The notes under the pieces were generated by a model that was not told the DNA's origin, did not search any database, and worked only from the letters and a program-made list of their open reading frames with translations. A stretch of DNA of 64,000 nt from Eledone cirrhosa (lineage: Eukaryota). The stretch is taken from contig OZ024740.1 of NCBI GenBank assembly GCA_964016885.1, forward strand, positions 301,568,001-301,632,000. Direction: 5' to 3'. A program made the translations under genes and the position numbers. Shown one piece after another: positions 15,143 to 29,881 of the stretch; positions within the stretch are counted from its first letter, which is position 1; the number at the start of each line of letters is the position of its first letter.

Positions 15143-16025
15143 ATATATATATATATATTATATATATATATATATATACAAAAAAGTATGCTCAAACGGT
15201 ATTTAATAAAATTCACCTGTAATAATTTTGTAATATATCTCTTCCAGTAATTTGTTATTAAACATGTTTGTGTTGTGTATAATTTGGCTCTACGTTTTTA
15301 AACTAAATTAAATCTATTTAAATATTCAGTAAGAACATTTATTTACCCCGTAGCTCCATTTCTATACCAAAACATCAGAATTAGATAACATATGCCTTTC
15401 GACATTACTGATTTCTTCATTCGTTATTTGGAATAATTTCATCGATAGAGAAACTCTTGGTGGCTATTAAATTCGAATGAGTCTTGCACATTTTATTTTT
15501 TTCTCTCAGAATGTATTTGTTACTTCATATATTTAAACGTGTTTAAAAGTGTGTGGAAATAAAAATGATAAACTTTGATATGAGTAATGTACTATTAGTA
15601 ATTATTCGATTTCCAGCTATTAACCTCGTATCCTTAGCCGGAATAAATATAAACATAATTGACAGAATCCAATGTCTAATGCCTGTTTCGTATATTTCCT
15701 TCCCATGTATTTATTCCATTCTATTGCTCCTATTTCAGTGTAGGCAGGAATATGATGCCTGTTAAAAAAAGTGCATATATCTCACAGGAACACAAATACA
15801 GATACATTCCTATTAACAATAATTTTCAATACATATTTTCCCCAAGTGATATTCTACTTATTTCAAAGTTTTAACATTTCAATATACAATAAATATGAAA
15901 TTATGACGAACGTTTCTTTATTCTCCTGTGAAGATTTCTGCCAAATTATTGTATATGACATAGTCATTTCTCAATCGTTGCTATCATCATATGGCTCAGG
16001 TATGAATTATTTTACTATTTTCTGG

Positions 16026-16171
16026 TTATAGCCTAAAATATGAAAGTTGTATATTATTAACATAGTTCAGCTTTCAAATTACTTTTTGAATTGGGAAATT
16101 TATCGTTAATATGCTATGTCTCCATAACTGTCCAAGATTTTGGATATAGGCAATGCTAATGAAATTCTATC
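16026..16171 (+). repeat. ~145-bp direct duplication (partner at ~18199-18343)
   Basis: GTTATAGCCTAAAATA...GGCAATGCTAATGAAATTCTATC is present at both sites with few differences. Confidence 0.9.
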
Positions 16172-16250
16172 GGTTCCACTTGATTTATATAAATAACATT
16201 ATATATATATGAGTGAATATTTATTCTTATATGTGTGTGTTTGCTGGAGC

Positions 16251-16322
<72 letters not shown>

Positions 16323-16340
16323 ATGTGTATATATATATAT

Positions 16341-16935
16341 CACGATAATTTAACGGAGCCATAGACTCTCGTTATTCCTTATCAATAATGTGCTCAAAGG
16401 AAAAGGAATCGTGAGCTGTTTAAAATAAAATATTTTGAAAAGGTAACATACTAGAGAGACAGTGTGTCATCAATAATTTATCGGGATATTTCGCTACTTA
16501 TAACAGTCTTTCCTCCTTCTCTGTTTGGTTGAGCACACTTCGAGTGGTTTTGGGGCTGCACTTTCTAGCAGCTCGTCCGTCAAACACCACTGGTTCACTG
16601 CCCTAAACACGCTGTGAAATTCCTTGTTGCGTGTAGCTGGTCGGTCGCTTTAGATTCTCTTAGAATTGTCTGGAATGTATAGTCTTGTACGCGCTGATTA
16701 GCCATAGGCTTTTCCATTTCAGTCAACAACTTCCTGGCGAAACAGATCTCTTTCGATTTGTACGCGTGTGTTATATAGTTATAGAGGTGCGTATATACAT
16801 TTTACTTTATATTTTTAATTATTGTGTGTCTACCCTGCCTTCCATAGAGTATAGATTCCATACACTGGTTTTCCCTGTTTTATTGAAGGCGCACTATCTC
16901 TCTAGTGTGTTACCTTTTCAACATATTGTATTTAT
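16341..16935 (+). mobile_element. Non-coding PLE-derived insert with ~43-bp inverted ends and an HHR
   Basis: 16435-16478 is inverted relative to 16879-16921. HHR at 16688-16768: TACGCG-CTGATTA-GCCA...TGGC-GAAA-CAGAT...ATTTG-TA-CGCGTG (G8 changed to U). Confidence 0.7.
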
Positions 16936-17010
16936 ATATATATATATGGTTAGGAGTCATATATATATATACTGGTTAGGAGTCATCAAAACCACGTTTT
17001 ATTGAACCTG

Positions 17011-17046
<36 letters not shown>

Positions 17047-17084
17047 GTGTATATATGTATTTATTTTATATGTGTATATATGTG

Positions 17085-17129
<45 letters not shown>

Positions 17130-17196
17130 ATATATGTGTATATGTGTATTTTATATATATATATGTATGTATATTTTATATATATATATATATATA

Positions 17197-17254
<58 letters not shown>

Positions 17255-17885
17255 TTGTGCGTACATATATATATACACACACCTGTATGGATTTGTGTGT
17301 GTAGATCTGTCTGATGTGGTAGGTGTGAGTGTATGTACAAGTCAACCAACATAAGCCTTTTATTTCTAAATTTTCCAAACTATCTAAGTATTTGACTCAA
17401 ACCATTATTTTAAGTATTACCACCCCACATTAATTCCTCAATGTGTATGTGTGGATGGGTGTCTGTGGAGGTGGGTGTGAGTGTACGTGCAAGCCAATCT
17501 ACATAAGTCTTCTTATTTGTAAATTTTCTACTCTAACCATAATTTTCAGTAGCACCACTCCACATAAATTCCTCAATTTAAGAATGGACTGTAGTATCTA
17601 TTTCATACTATTAACCTTAATTGAATATAACTCTGACCAGGAATACTTTTTGTGAAAATCAGTCATATGGAACTATTGTCATCTTGGCTGGCGATTTGAA
17701 CTTTACAACACCACCTGCCTCTTTGAGGTCAAATACCAACCCTACTAGCATCTACAAACTGACCAATGAGAATTAAGATTATTCCTGCTGAGAACATTAA
17801 AGTATTCCTAACAAGCTCATACGTCCCAAGGCTATGATACCATCAACACCATAAACACAGAGCTGGCATATCTAAGAACTGACTA

Positions 17886-17941
17886 ACTGCCTGATGAGGT
17901 CATAGCCATTCAATGGCTATCATCGAAATATATATAACAGT
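17886..17941 (+). ncRNA. Minimal type I hammerhead in a pLTR-like insert (~17270-17987)
   Basis: ACTGc-CTGATGA-GGTcATAGCCATT-c-AATGGCTATcATC-GAAA-TATATATA-aCAGT. Confidence 0.75.
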
Positions 17942-18001
17942 AAATAAAGGATTATGAGTTCATACAATTGACTTATCTTTCGTCACTATATATATATATA
18001 T

Positions 18002-18150
18002 AATTGTTTCTACTTTAGGAACAAGGCCAGCAATAATCCAGTACATTACTGGTACTTTATTTTATCGACCCTGTAAGGATGAAAGGCAAAGTTAACCTAG
18101 GCGGGATTTGAACTCAGACTGTAAAGGGACGTAACTATGCTAGAAAGCAT
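18002..18150 (-). mobile_element. tRNA-derived SINE with Meta-like domain
   Basis: Reverse complement of GAGTTCAAATCCCGCC.AGGTTAACTTTGCCTTTCATCCTTAC.GGGTCGATAAAATAAAGTACCAG...GGCCTTGT...AAAGTAGAAACAATTA. Confidence 0.85.
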
Positions 18151-18369
18151 CCCTATATATATAATTGGATATTAGTAAAATCGAATCTCTATTATCTTGT
18201 TATAGCCTAAAATAGGAAAGTTTTATATTATTAACATAGTGCAGCTTTCAAATTACTTTTTGAATTGTGAAAGTTATTATTAATGTGTTGTCTCCATAAC
18301 TGTCCAAGGTTTTGGATATAGGCAATGCTAATGAAATTCTATCTAAATAAGATTATTAATGAAATTCTA

Positions 18370-18532
18370 CGCCAAATTGACGCTATGCTTTGACGCAAAG
18401 TGTTATAGCCCTTTCCATTCTGAGTTCAAATCCCGCCGAGGTTAACTTTGCCTTTCCTCCTTACGAGGTCGAAAAAATAAAGTACCAGTAATACACTGAG
18501 TAATTGCTGGCCTTGTGCCAAAAGTAGAAACA
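18370..18532 (+). mobile_element. Meta-like SINE with 18-bp target-site duplication
   Basis: Same family as the copy at 18002. ATTATTAATGAAATTCTA flanks it at 18352-18369 and 18533-18550. Confidence 0.88.
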
Positions 18533-18698
18533 ATTATTAATGAAATTCTATCTAAATAATATTGAAATTAAAAATAAAGATAAATGTACGTATGCATGCG
18601 CACACGAGGTGTCTAAAGTGTAGGGTTGACAAAAACAAGAAAATAATTCTTTATTTTCTTGTTGTTGTCAACCCATGTACTTTAGATATATGTATCTG

Positions 18699-18765
<67 letters not shown>

Positions 18766-18770
<5 letters not shown>

Positions 18771-19168
18771 AAAAATAGAGGTGTAACACACGAGTTGTGA
18801 TATATTAGTAAAAGGAAAAGAAAATGCTGACAAATTTTTCACGGTGAAAAATAGTTTAATTAGGAATAAGTATAAATTGGTAATAAGAATTGGTTAGTAT
18901 TCAGTTTTAGTTTTAAGTTTTTACCGGTTGCGCATTTCTAATGCTTTTCAAAAATAATTTTGAGATAGAGCGCACGTGATTAGAGAAACATCACGAGCGC
19001 TCTATCTCAAAATTATTTTTGAAAAGCATTAGAAATGCGCAACCGGTATAAACTTAAAACTAAAACTGAATACTAACCTATACTTATTACTAATTTATAC
19101 TTATTCCGAATTAAACTATTTTTCACTGGGACAAATTTGTCAGCATTTTCTTTTCCTTTTACTAATAT
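18766..19168. mobile_element. Palindromic pLTR-only insert of the PLE family at 1-3733, with ~34-nt tail
   Basis: Arms ~18800-18980 and ~18989-19168 are inverted copies matching 3519-3700. Tail 18766-18800 matches 3700-3733. Located in (TA)n. Confidence 0.9.
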
Positions 19169-19258
19169 ATATATATATACATATATACATACATATATAC
19201 ACGCACACATTCATATACAAGTACACATGCATACACATACACATATATACACACACAT

Positions 19259-19291
<33 letters not shown>

Positions 19292-19303
19292 CATATATAT
19301 ATA

Positions 19304-19369
<66 letters not shown>

Positions 19370-19682
19370 TATAAAGTACAGGGGTTGACAAAAACAAGAA
19401 ACTAAAGAATTATTTTCTTGTTTTCGTCAAACCCGTACTTTAGACATCTCGCGTGCATGTGCAAACGTACATTTATCTTTATTTTTATCTTTATTTTTAA
19501 TTTTAATCTTATTTTTAATATTTTTCTTGCCTGCTTATCCAAACACGGAACTATATCGACGTAAATCTATGTGTGTGTATGATATATTGTGTGTATTATA
19601 TATGTGTGTGTGTGTGTATATATATCCATATGTGTGTATGTGTATGCATGTGTACATGAACATGTATGTATGCGTGTATGTA

Positions 19683-19740
<58 letters not shown>

Positions 19741-20013
19741 GATATGTGTATGTGCATGTGTAAGTGTAAGTGTGTATGTATGTATTTATATATATATATA
19801 TGCATGTGTACATGTACGTTGTGGAAGTATGTGAGTATAAGTATATGCGTGGGCATGTGCTTATATATGTATGTGTATATGTTTATATATATATATATAT
19901 ACTTTTATTGTTGTTTTCCCTTTCACATTACGTCCGTTATTTTATGTCAGCCTAGCTTTCAATTGGTTGAGACTTTGCTTTAAATCCATATCTCACATCC
20001 GTTTTAAATAAGT

Positions 20014-20086
20014 TTTCATTCTGACGAACGATTTCAGACGTGTGTGTCAGGGCCGTCTGTCTTCGTGAAACCTTTGGTAAATGAAA
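20014..20086 (+). ncRNA. Type I hammerhead ribozyme in a pLTR-like insert (~19372-20270)
   Basis: TTTCATT-CTGACGA-ACGA...CAGACG..CGTCTG..TCGT-GAAA-CC-ttt-GG-TA-AATGAAA, with a perfect 7-bp stem I. Confidence 0.85.
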
Positions 20087-20315
20087 TAATTATCTTAGGT
20101 TGTGTATTACATAACTAAAAGCTCTGTCGTCTACATAAAGCACTCTGCTTTCCTTGGATTCCAAAGGAAAATTAGATCTTTTTCGAAAAGAATCTACGAA
20201 ATACTCAATGCTGTTAAGAAGATCCACCTTTTTTTCTATAATATTCAAATGATAATGCAGCTGAAGTGTGCAGAGTATAAATAGAGTACATAGAATCCAG
20301 CATATGTATAATCTT

Positions 20316-20506
20316 TATTGACATATTACAATTGTTTCGATATCCATTATCTAAAAAACTATCTTGGTGACAGGGCCCATATTCTCGTCAACATCTCGTC
20401 AAATATGCGAATTTAGATATATCTGTGCTCACATAAACTCACATATTTGACGAGATTACGTAGAGTCCCGGCATGTTACAATGAAAATAATTGTAATATG
20501 CCAATA
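20316..20506. mobile_element. Imperfect palindromic insert with two HHR-like motifs (TTGACGA core)
   Basis: Minus 20322-20407 reads CATAT-TTGACGA-GATGTT...GATATC-GAAA-CAATTG-TA-ATATG. A degenerate plus-strand twin is at 20442-20500. Confidence 0.6.
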
Positions 20507-20552
20507 TCATTTCTACATACGCTGCAACACTGACTTCGATTCTATTTACACA

Positions 20553-20650
<98 letters not shown>

Positions 20651-20679
20651 ACTCTCTCTCTCTTTATATATAAATATAC

Positions 20680-20732
<53 letters not shown>

Positions 20733-21602
20733 TAAATATATATATATGTGTGTGAGTGCGTGTGTGTGTGTGTGCGCGCGCGTGTGTGCGAATACATATG
20801 AGAGGGAGATAATACACAGAGCCCCTTTCCGTAGTCAATTTTACGTTGGTGTGAATTGTTTGTGCGTAAAAATAAACAGAACAATTTAACAGTTAGTTGT
20901 TCATAATGGACACAATTGAACTATGTAACATAAATATCATGATGATATGACATATTACCCGGAGTAAGGAAAATATGTTCCGAGGTTTATTCCACGGAGT
21001 GATGAAATATAAACAGGAGATAAGAAAAGAATTGGTAACAGTTGTTGAAGTTAAAAGAAACATTTAATTATACTCTCGAGTCTCTAACACTTGGTTCAAT
21101 ACATCTATGTAATCACCTGAATTATTACTGAATACACTTTCAAGCAATGCGTTCTTAAATTCTACTTTTTCCCAGAGAGATTCGCTAGAATCTGTAGCAA
21201 AGTGATGGGATGACCTGCTTATATAGAAATATTATACAAATGCACATACACTAATTTCTCAATCGATGTATCCATGATCAAATATATTCGATAATTTACC
21301 TGTGAATTTAAACAGAAATACAAACACAAACATGCATTAATTGAATGTACCTGTCTACTTTCAAGGCTTATTAAACTTTTCCTTATCTTCTCAGCACTTG
21401 TCATTAACAGGTGTATGACTCACATGAAGTAATCAAGCGACTATAGAACTTAACACCATCCTAATTAGATCGAATATATATACATTTAATTTAGAAGTAT
21501 TATCTCTGTTTGCCCACCAGCCATCGACTTAAATTTGCACAACATCACCGTCTGTACCGATGTCAATTGTTTTGGGATCACTGCTGCTACCACCTACGAG
21601 CT

Positions 21603-21693
<91 letters not shown>

Positions 21694-21744
21694 TTCTCTC
21701 TCTCTCGTGATGTGTAACACTTATTTCCAGTTTGAAAATTCAAT

Positions 21745-22538
21745 ATAGAAACAAATTCGGATGGTTTCAATCTCTCAGGCCTGCTAGCCATCGCCTACAT
21801 GACCAGCTGGAGTGCAAAATGCTCACCACATATTATTTTTGGTACTTCTTTTCCAGGCACATTGATGATCTCCTTATGCAAACTTCATAAGGTGATGAAG
21901 CCGTCAAGACATACATAAAACATCTTAAAACGTAGACACACACCCGTCGCGGTTGAGCACTCAGACTTGACTCAATCAATCACTCTACACCATGTTTCAT
22001 TAATAGTCAGACATGAGGGTTCCATATACACTGCAATTTCCAAGAACGATACCTACCAAGGCATTTTTGTACACCATGATTCTGCACTTTCCTGTAGAAC
22101 CAAAATGGTCTATATAGCGAATGAGATTTCCTGAATAAAATCTCCCGCGCATATCGACAAACATACCGGCACTATGGAATTCCAGAGAATTGTCACCAAA
22201 AGCAGATGCACTACTTTTCAACCCATACACCGAAATATCAAGGCAGCAGCACTTAAAAGAACTGGGATGTTACAAAACGCTACAGTTGACATATGTTAAC
22301 TAAACTGCCACATTTCAAGAAAAAGACGACTAATGCTCTCAGACAAGCCACTCAAAGTCAGGGCCTGAGAATGCTGTTAGTAACCTCAGGACCTTCATTG
22401 AAAAGACCGCTCTGCAGACACCGTTCTGCATACAACCATCCAAATTGACCCATCAAGAAAGCAGAAATATGCATGGTCTCATGTCAGAAATGTAGTTTCT
22501 TGTTCATTGGAAGTACCGTCCGCAGGCAGCATATACCA
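21745..22538 (+). pseudogene. Heavily decayed PLE RT plus GIY-YIG remnant
   Basis: Frameshifted peptides LSGLLAIAYM, FSRHIDDLL, GIFVHHDSALSCRTKMVYIANEI and HPN*PIKKAEICM..SCQKCSFLFIGSTVRRQHI, in PLE domain order. Confidence 0.7.
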
Positions 22539-22617
22539 ATGTTCTCATTGCCTATGGCAATGAGAACATTGCAGCATATACCAGATGTTCTCATTGCCTA
22601 TGGCAATGAGAACATCT
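22526..22617. repeat. Tandem duplication of a ~45-bp unit containing a perfect hairpin
   Basis: Two copies of GCAGCATATACCA(G)ATGTTCTCATTGCC-TAT-GGCAATGAGAACAT. Confidence 0.9.
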
Positions 22618-23076
22618 GTTAAAAACCTCTTGACAGATGCGGTAGGTAAGACATTGAGATGAGCATAACATGTGACGGAAAGGAATATTGGCAATTTAAG
22701 AATAAAAGAGACCATTATTCATAAACAAGAAGAAAGAAATCACAACTAAATAATAGATTTGAAAATTATGAAGCACAATAGTTGCTATATCTCTTCACGC
22801 ATGTCTATGCCGGACATGTAAACCAGTTAAGGAAGAAAACTACGATCATTCATGTTTGCTTTGTACCGATTCCGTTTCATATTTTAAAAGCGGGTGATGA
22901 TAGCTCTGAAATATCATGATCAAATATTCTCAGTAAAATATTAATTCAATTTCTTCAATTTGTCATTTTTGGTCTTTATATATCCATAGCGCATTGTACC
23001 GGGTTTCCTAAACGTATCGGACGTGTATTACATATATCACAATGATTCGTATTAAAGATTATGATTCATATATATA

Positions 23077-24296
23077 TGTAGAAAACTTATAATGAAACAA
23101 TTGTTTGGAAAGAGAGATATACTTTAACTTTAATTATGTCTCATAAAATAATACAACTTTTTTTTCCACATTATACATATTGTTAGCACCCCAAACACTT
23201 AAATTGGGTTTATATTTTACTATAACCTAATGTTTGTTGAGTGAGATGGTTACCAGTCAGAGTTTAGCTTTAAACTATCTCTGTTATTGTATTAAATAGT
23301 TACTCATGATTGGCCAGAGGTGTTTATTTCCAGGTACCTTATGAATTTGACTTTCCGTATTTATTACTGTTGTGAAATATTGTGGCTTTTTTTGGTTGTA
23401 ACTTCTCTGTTTTTTAGCCAAGGAAAATATTTATATATATGCCTACGTATATAATTACATGCATATATGTATTTATTTTCTTTTATTAATTGAGTTCTTT
23501 ACACGAGGAATTAATATTGGTTTTGAAATAACTAATTAACCCGCGTGTGTTTTATATTTTACTCTTAATAATTCTGCCGTAGAATTATATTCCCATTTGC
23601 CCTTTATAGCATAACTTGCTGCATTTACTGCGATTATGAGAAGCGGTTCTTATTCGGGTACAACTTCTGATTTGGCCTAAGAAAATATCTATATGCGTGT
23701 GTAATTTATACAAGCATATATTTATTTTTTTATTTTCAATTGAGTTCTTAAACATGTTGGATTGATAATGTTTTCAAAAAAACTAATTAACCCGCGTGTA
23801 TATTATTTTTTTTCCTCATTTCGTGGGTTGTCTCCCCTTCCCGCTTCGTGTCGCTATGATACTTCCTCAGTCAAAAACTGCTGGAATTTCAAATTTGGCG
23901 GTCATTCAAGGTGAGAGAGAGTAACTTTACGGACATGATTTTTGACAGCGGTAAGAAATTGTTTTCATATATCAATGTTTAATGGGCTTCCACTGATGAT
24001 TTATAAATGCCCACCTAAATATATTCTTACTTGAATATATATTATGCTTCTACATAAACTGGAAACATTCTCCCAAACTTGTAGAAAACTTATAATGAAA
24101 CAATTGTTTGGAAAGAGAGATATACTTTAACTTTAATTATATCTCATAAAATAATACAACTGGTTTTTTCCACATTATACATATTGTTAGCACCCCAAAC
24201 ACTTAAATTGGGTTTATATTTTAATATAACCTAATGTTTGTTGAGTGAGATGGTTACCAGTCAGAGTTTAGCTTTAAACTATCTCTGTTATTGTAT

Positions 24297-24302
<6 letters not shown>
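23077..24302 (+). repeat. ~1.2-kb segment bounded by ~220-bp near-identical direct repeats (23077-23298 and 24080-24302)
   Basis: TGTAGAAAACTTATAATG...CTGTTATTGTATTAAATA occurs twice. There is also an internal diverged repeat (~23420-23560 vs ~23680-23810), and the segment is TA-flanked. Confidence 0.85.
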
Positions 24303-25285
<983 letters not shown>

Positions 25286-27079
25286 TATATATACATATAT
25301 GGGAATACGTGTTTGTCCTTGTGTACATGTATGCATACATAACAACAAAACCTATAAAACTTCCTGTTACAGATTAGTAATAAAACAGAAATGTTCTTAT
25401 TCATTCTGTAAAACAACACTTTGTTTACTGGTGGAGATAATATTATAGATAACCATTAACGACCAGTAGATTTTGAATATTGAAATAACAAACCTATTTC
25501 ATATACAAATCTTTGTTTTAATATGTTTCGAATAAGAAATATTCTAAATTTCTCGAATGTTAAACAGGATTTGAATACGAAAACCTATTTGTTTCGTTGT
25601 ATGAATTCAAAACATGTTTTGTTGTTTGATACACAACACTGAGGTCGCAATTTACAATTTTTAATATTCATTAAAAATTGTTCTTTCTATTGTTTTTTTC
25701 TTTTGTAAAATGCTCTGTTTAATATTCTGTTTCCTTCGAGATATTTGCAGTAACATCATTTTAAATGTGACAGCAGGTACTTTAACGTTTACAGAAAATA
25801 CTCAATATATTTGTGTTCATAGAAATATTTTCCGTATACATCAGCATGTATGGTATTAAACTACATGAAACGTTTCACATTTTAATGCATTTTGTTCGCT
25901 TCCTTGAATTATTCCTATAAAGATAAATAAACTCCTTGATATAGCTTGTGTTATTTCTAACGTCATATAATGATGTAATCAATTATAACGCTTTAATAGT
26001 AAGCGATGTTTCTCGTAAATGTTTGTCAATGGCCTCGCAATATTTACAGTACATTTACACTTAAATGTCAGCATAATAACCATACCGTGACAACATTATT
26101 TGTTCAATTCACTCAATATGTAACACTATTCTTCTTCTTAACCATCATCGTCATCATCATCATCACTATCATCATGAACATTTCCACAACCACCACCAAC
26201 AACACCAACACCGCCATCACAACCCCACCACCAGCATCTTCTGCCATTATATATTTCCATGAACAATTTAATTTCCCACCACGAATTTAAAGTACATGTT
26301 GCAAAGAATTGTATTCTTAGAATTATATGTACGTGTAATCATTATATTATTACTCGTGCACATTCTTTGAGCAATACATGACTGATTAATAAATTATTTT
26401 GAAACATGCAACGTTTATGGACAAACAACCGAATAATATTTTTCTATGTTTGCCAATTGCAATTTCACTTCTATCTTGAAACATCTAACACCCGTGTTAC
26501 CTGTGCCTTCCCTTCATAGCTAATATTACTATTACCATGTATTTGAAATCAGAATTCTTACCTGTGAATTTATGTATTATGATCTCTGTTAGAATGATTT
26601 ATTCCATCGGGATTTCTGAACACCGCTTTACATATAATTAGGCATATATTTGCCCACCCACAGATTTATCTTCTAAGAAATGTTCAAGAGTATGTAGTAT
26701 ATGTAATTAAGGAAGTTATTATAAAAGACACAATTAATCATAATTTTTTTTTCTAATAATTAAATAAATAAATAAATTCTAATACATTTTAACTGAAACT
26801 AAACAAGAAAACATTCGATATATTGATTATAATTTTTAAGATTACTGAAATACATAAAGATGCATGTAATTTGTTTCAATGTGACTAAATACGGCAGTGT
26901 TAACTTATTTCCAAACTCGTGAAGGGACAGATCCTTGGAGTTCTTTCACGATTGTCTTTTACCGTTTGTCTTCCAACAGTCTGGATTAAATTAAAAATAT
27001 CTGCTAATAATTCTGTGGGACTGCGCTCATTTTCACGTACATACGTTTTTATGTTATCCCTTCATAAAAACCCTAACAA

Positions 27080-27480
27080 ACAGGAACGACGGCTTCGATC
27101 CCAGGGCGTTGAGTACCATCGAGAACAACAGATGGTGCCACCACGTTCCCAACAGAGATTTGCGTGTGCGCACGCATCAGCCCGCAATCTCCCTCCTCAT
27201 AGCCATGCTTGACATGCGCAGGTACACACACTTCCTCCGCTTTCCACCATATCATCCTATCAGCAGCTACAAACTAGAAGAGGCCCCGCGCCAGTCTCCG
27301 CACCAGTGTCAACAAGTAAGATCTCCACAAGCTCGACGTCAACTTGGAGATTGTAGTAGGATTGAGACGGTACGCCACTGATGGAGGGCACTGTTGGACC
27401 TGGTCGGCTCAACGCATGATGATGCCTCTGGGAACACTGATCTAGCATGACCCAGGCTCACCTAGTGAAAGGAAGAAGGA
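27080..27480 (+). pseudogene. Decayed 3' end of an RTE-type LINE
   Basis: GC-richer island encoding DGFDPRALSTIENNRWCHHVPNRDLRVRTHQPAISLLIA..RRYTHFLRFPPYHP, then KRPRASLRT and WRALLDLVGSTH. This resembles the RTE C-terminus. Confidence 0.7.
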
Positions 27481-29611
27481 TTAAATTAATTTTCAAATAT
27501 ATTTTTGAGATTTCCATTAATGCCTTCTTTCAGAATTTACACAGAATCAGGAGATATTAACCATTTTTTTTATTTGCATGTTAAAGCATCCAAATATTGC
27601 TTAAAGATTACAAGATAAATAAACAAATCCCAATTGTTTACTATAATCGGAAACAACCCGGAAAAGAAGATCATCATATTTGAATGTCTTTTATATTATT
27701 AATTGGTACACTACGGTAGCTAAACAACAGTAATAAATCATTTGTCATGAAAAAACATTTCCGCAGCATTTCCGTAAACGTTACAGATTTCCCTATGCAC
27801 CTCGTCAAATAATATAACATCAAAGAAGAATGATTTGCGCAAATATATATGGATTTTGCATTACGAAATTGATATGTATCCCCCAGTTTGGAGAGTTTTG
27901 TAAATTTTAGATATGAGCAACTGTTTAAAACACTGTGTACTTTGCCTAATGTAGCCAGAGAAGATTATTATATATTCGATATTTCTGAGTTCATGCAATT
28001 TATAAAATACTAAGCTTTACAAAGTACATACAAACATGCCATTTCGTCTTCCCATATTAGGTCCCATATTTCATTATATGTATTGTTGTATTTGCAATAA
28101 AATATTTTCCTAATTACAGTAATACAAATTAAATGACACATGTGAGATATGAGAATCGGGAGAGATAGATGGTACATTGGTACGTCTAATGAAGCAACAA
28201 GTTCGTATCCCCTCAGTCAATCTGATGACAATGTCATATATCATTTCTTTAGAAACCATATGCGTTGCAGCATGGCATATATATCAGCATGCAAACTAAT
28301 AGGAGAAATGTTTCAGAATTTAAAATGCGTAGCTTGAATCTAACTCAATGTTAATGCATAGTGTCATTGTTTAGAGAAATTATTAATGCATCGTTATTAG
28401 AACATTATTTTTCTAAACATATTTGCAGTGGTAAGTGGAATCATTGTGGCTCAACATTTTCGCTTACAATTGCAATTGATTATTTAATACTTTCTTTATC
28501 AAATGTTTTAAATGTGCATGTAAAAATCAGTAAGGTTAATTAGTACGGTCATTGAAAAAAATATATGAAGAAAATTGTGAAATTGCTTTGTTTTATGATT
28601 CTCAACGTGCATTTCACAAGAAACAAGTTTCTAGCAATTTCCATTTTGTGAAATATGAGCAAATTGATATTTGAGCGGTTTAGATTATATTCAAATCAAT
28701 TTCAAAAGAATGTATTGTACAGTATTTCACACTTCTTCTTCTAAATAAATTGCACATACCCAGGGTCTAGATCATCATGGTAGACATAGAAGCTAAATCA
28801 CCTTCAAATCCCACCATAGATTTTAAATGACTGATGCATTCACTAGCTTATGAAACAGTGGGTCAAAAGCTGAAACACAAGAATATATTTAAACGGTATA
28901 TAATTTGCGTAAACAGCAGACATAGGAATATAAAATTCTGGGTACTGTTTCTTCATAAATTTATCATTCTAACAGTTGGTTTCAATACTAAATATTGACA
29001 ATTATGGTTTCATCTTTATGATATTACACGTTCATATGAATATTATAAATTAAAAATAAAAACCAAAACAGAGAAAAAAATATGATACATCCATCGGATG
29101 AAGAAACAGTGCGTGAAGAGTATCATTGGGGAGATATATATATATATATATATACAGATGTGTGTTTATGTGTGTGTACGTCTCTGCGTGTGCGTGCATG
29201 TGTATTATTGACGAGTAATAGAAAGTATTTAATAATGAATACTTAATAACAAAGTAGAGTTTGAATAAATGTTAATTTATTATGGAAAAGATCTGAACTT
29301 CATTATTCACATTAAACCATTTACACTTATTCCGACATAACACATAATTATTTCATGTTGGACGTCCACATTCGTTTCAGCCAGGGAAAGGAAACGACAG
29401 CAATGATAGCATACATGTTGAGATAAGAGTGGTTAGATATACTGCAGCTTATCAATTTCAATATACATGACTTATAATGTAAATAGCGTGGAGGACAACG
29501 AAACAGTTATAAGTAATGTAAGTAGGAACATTTGACTTCCATTCACAACATAATATGCCATTGTATTGCTGGAAATATGGATTTATTTATGATTTCTAAA
29601 GTCTGTCACAA

Positions 29612-29881
29612 GGCAGGAGGGTCATCAGGACGGGGCTTATCCCAGTTTCGTAGCATGAAGCGACTGAGGTTGCATGATTCCTCCTCCTGAACAGAACGCC
29701 AGTCCATCACAGGCTTAGAGTCTCAGCTATTACTGGTACTCCTTTTTGGTTGAGTAAACTGAAGCAAGGTGAAATGAAGTGCTTTTGCTAAAGAACACAA
29801 CACACCAATCAGCCCAATAATCGAAGCCATCACATTATGATCGTAAGTTCAACACATTTATTAGTAAGCCACATGCCTCCA
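29612..29881 (-). mobile_element. Decayed tRNA-derived SINE (CORE-like plus V-like 3' part)
   Basis: Minus strand: GGAGGCATGTGGCTTA...GGCTTCGATT...GTGTTCTTTAGCAAAAGCACTT...CCTGTGATGGACTGGCG...GTCGCTTCATGCTACGAAACTGGGATAAG. Confidence 0.7.

Noticed and set aside
27260-27480. Apparent splice acceptor and exon on the minus strand
   Set aside because: Better explained as the antisense of an RTE LINE 3' end with a purine-rich tail.
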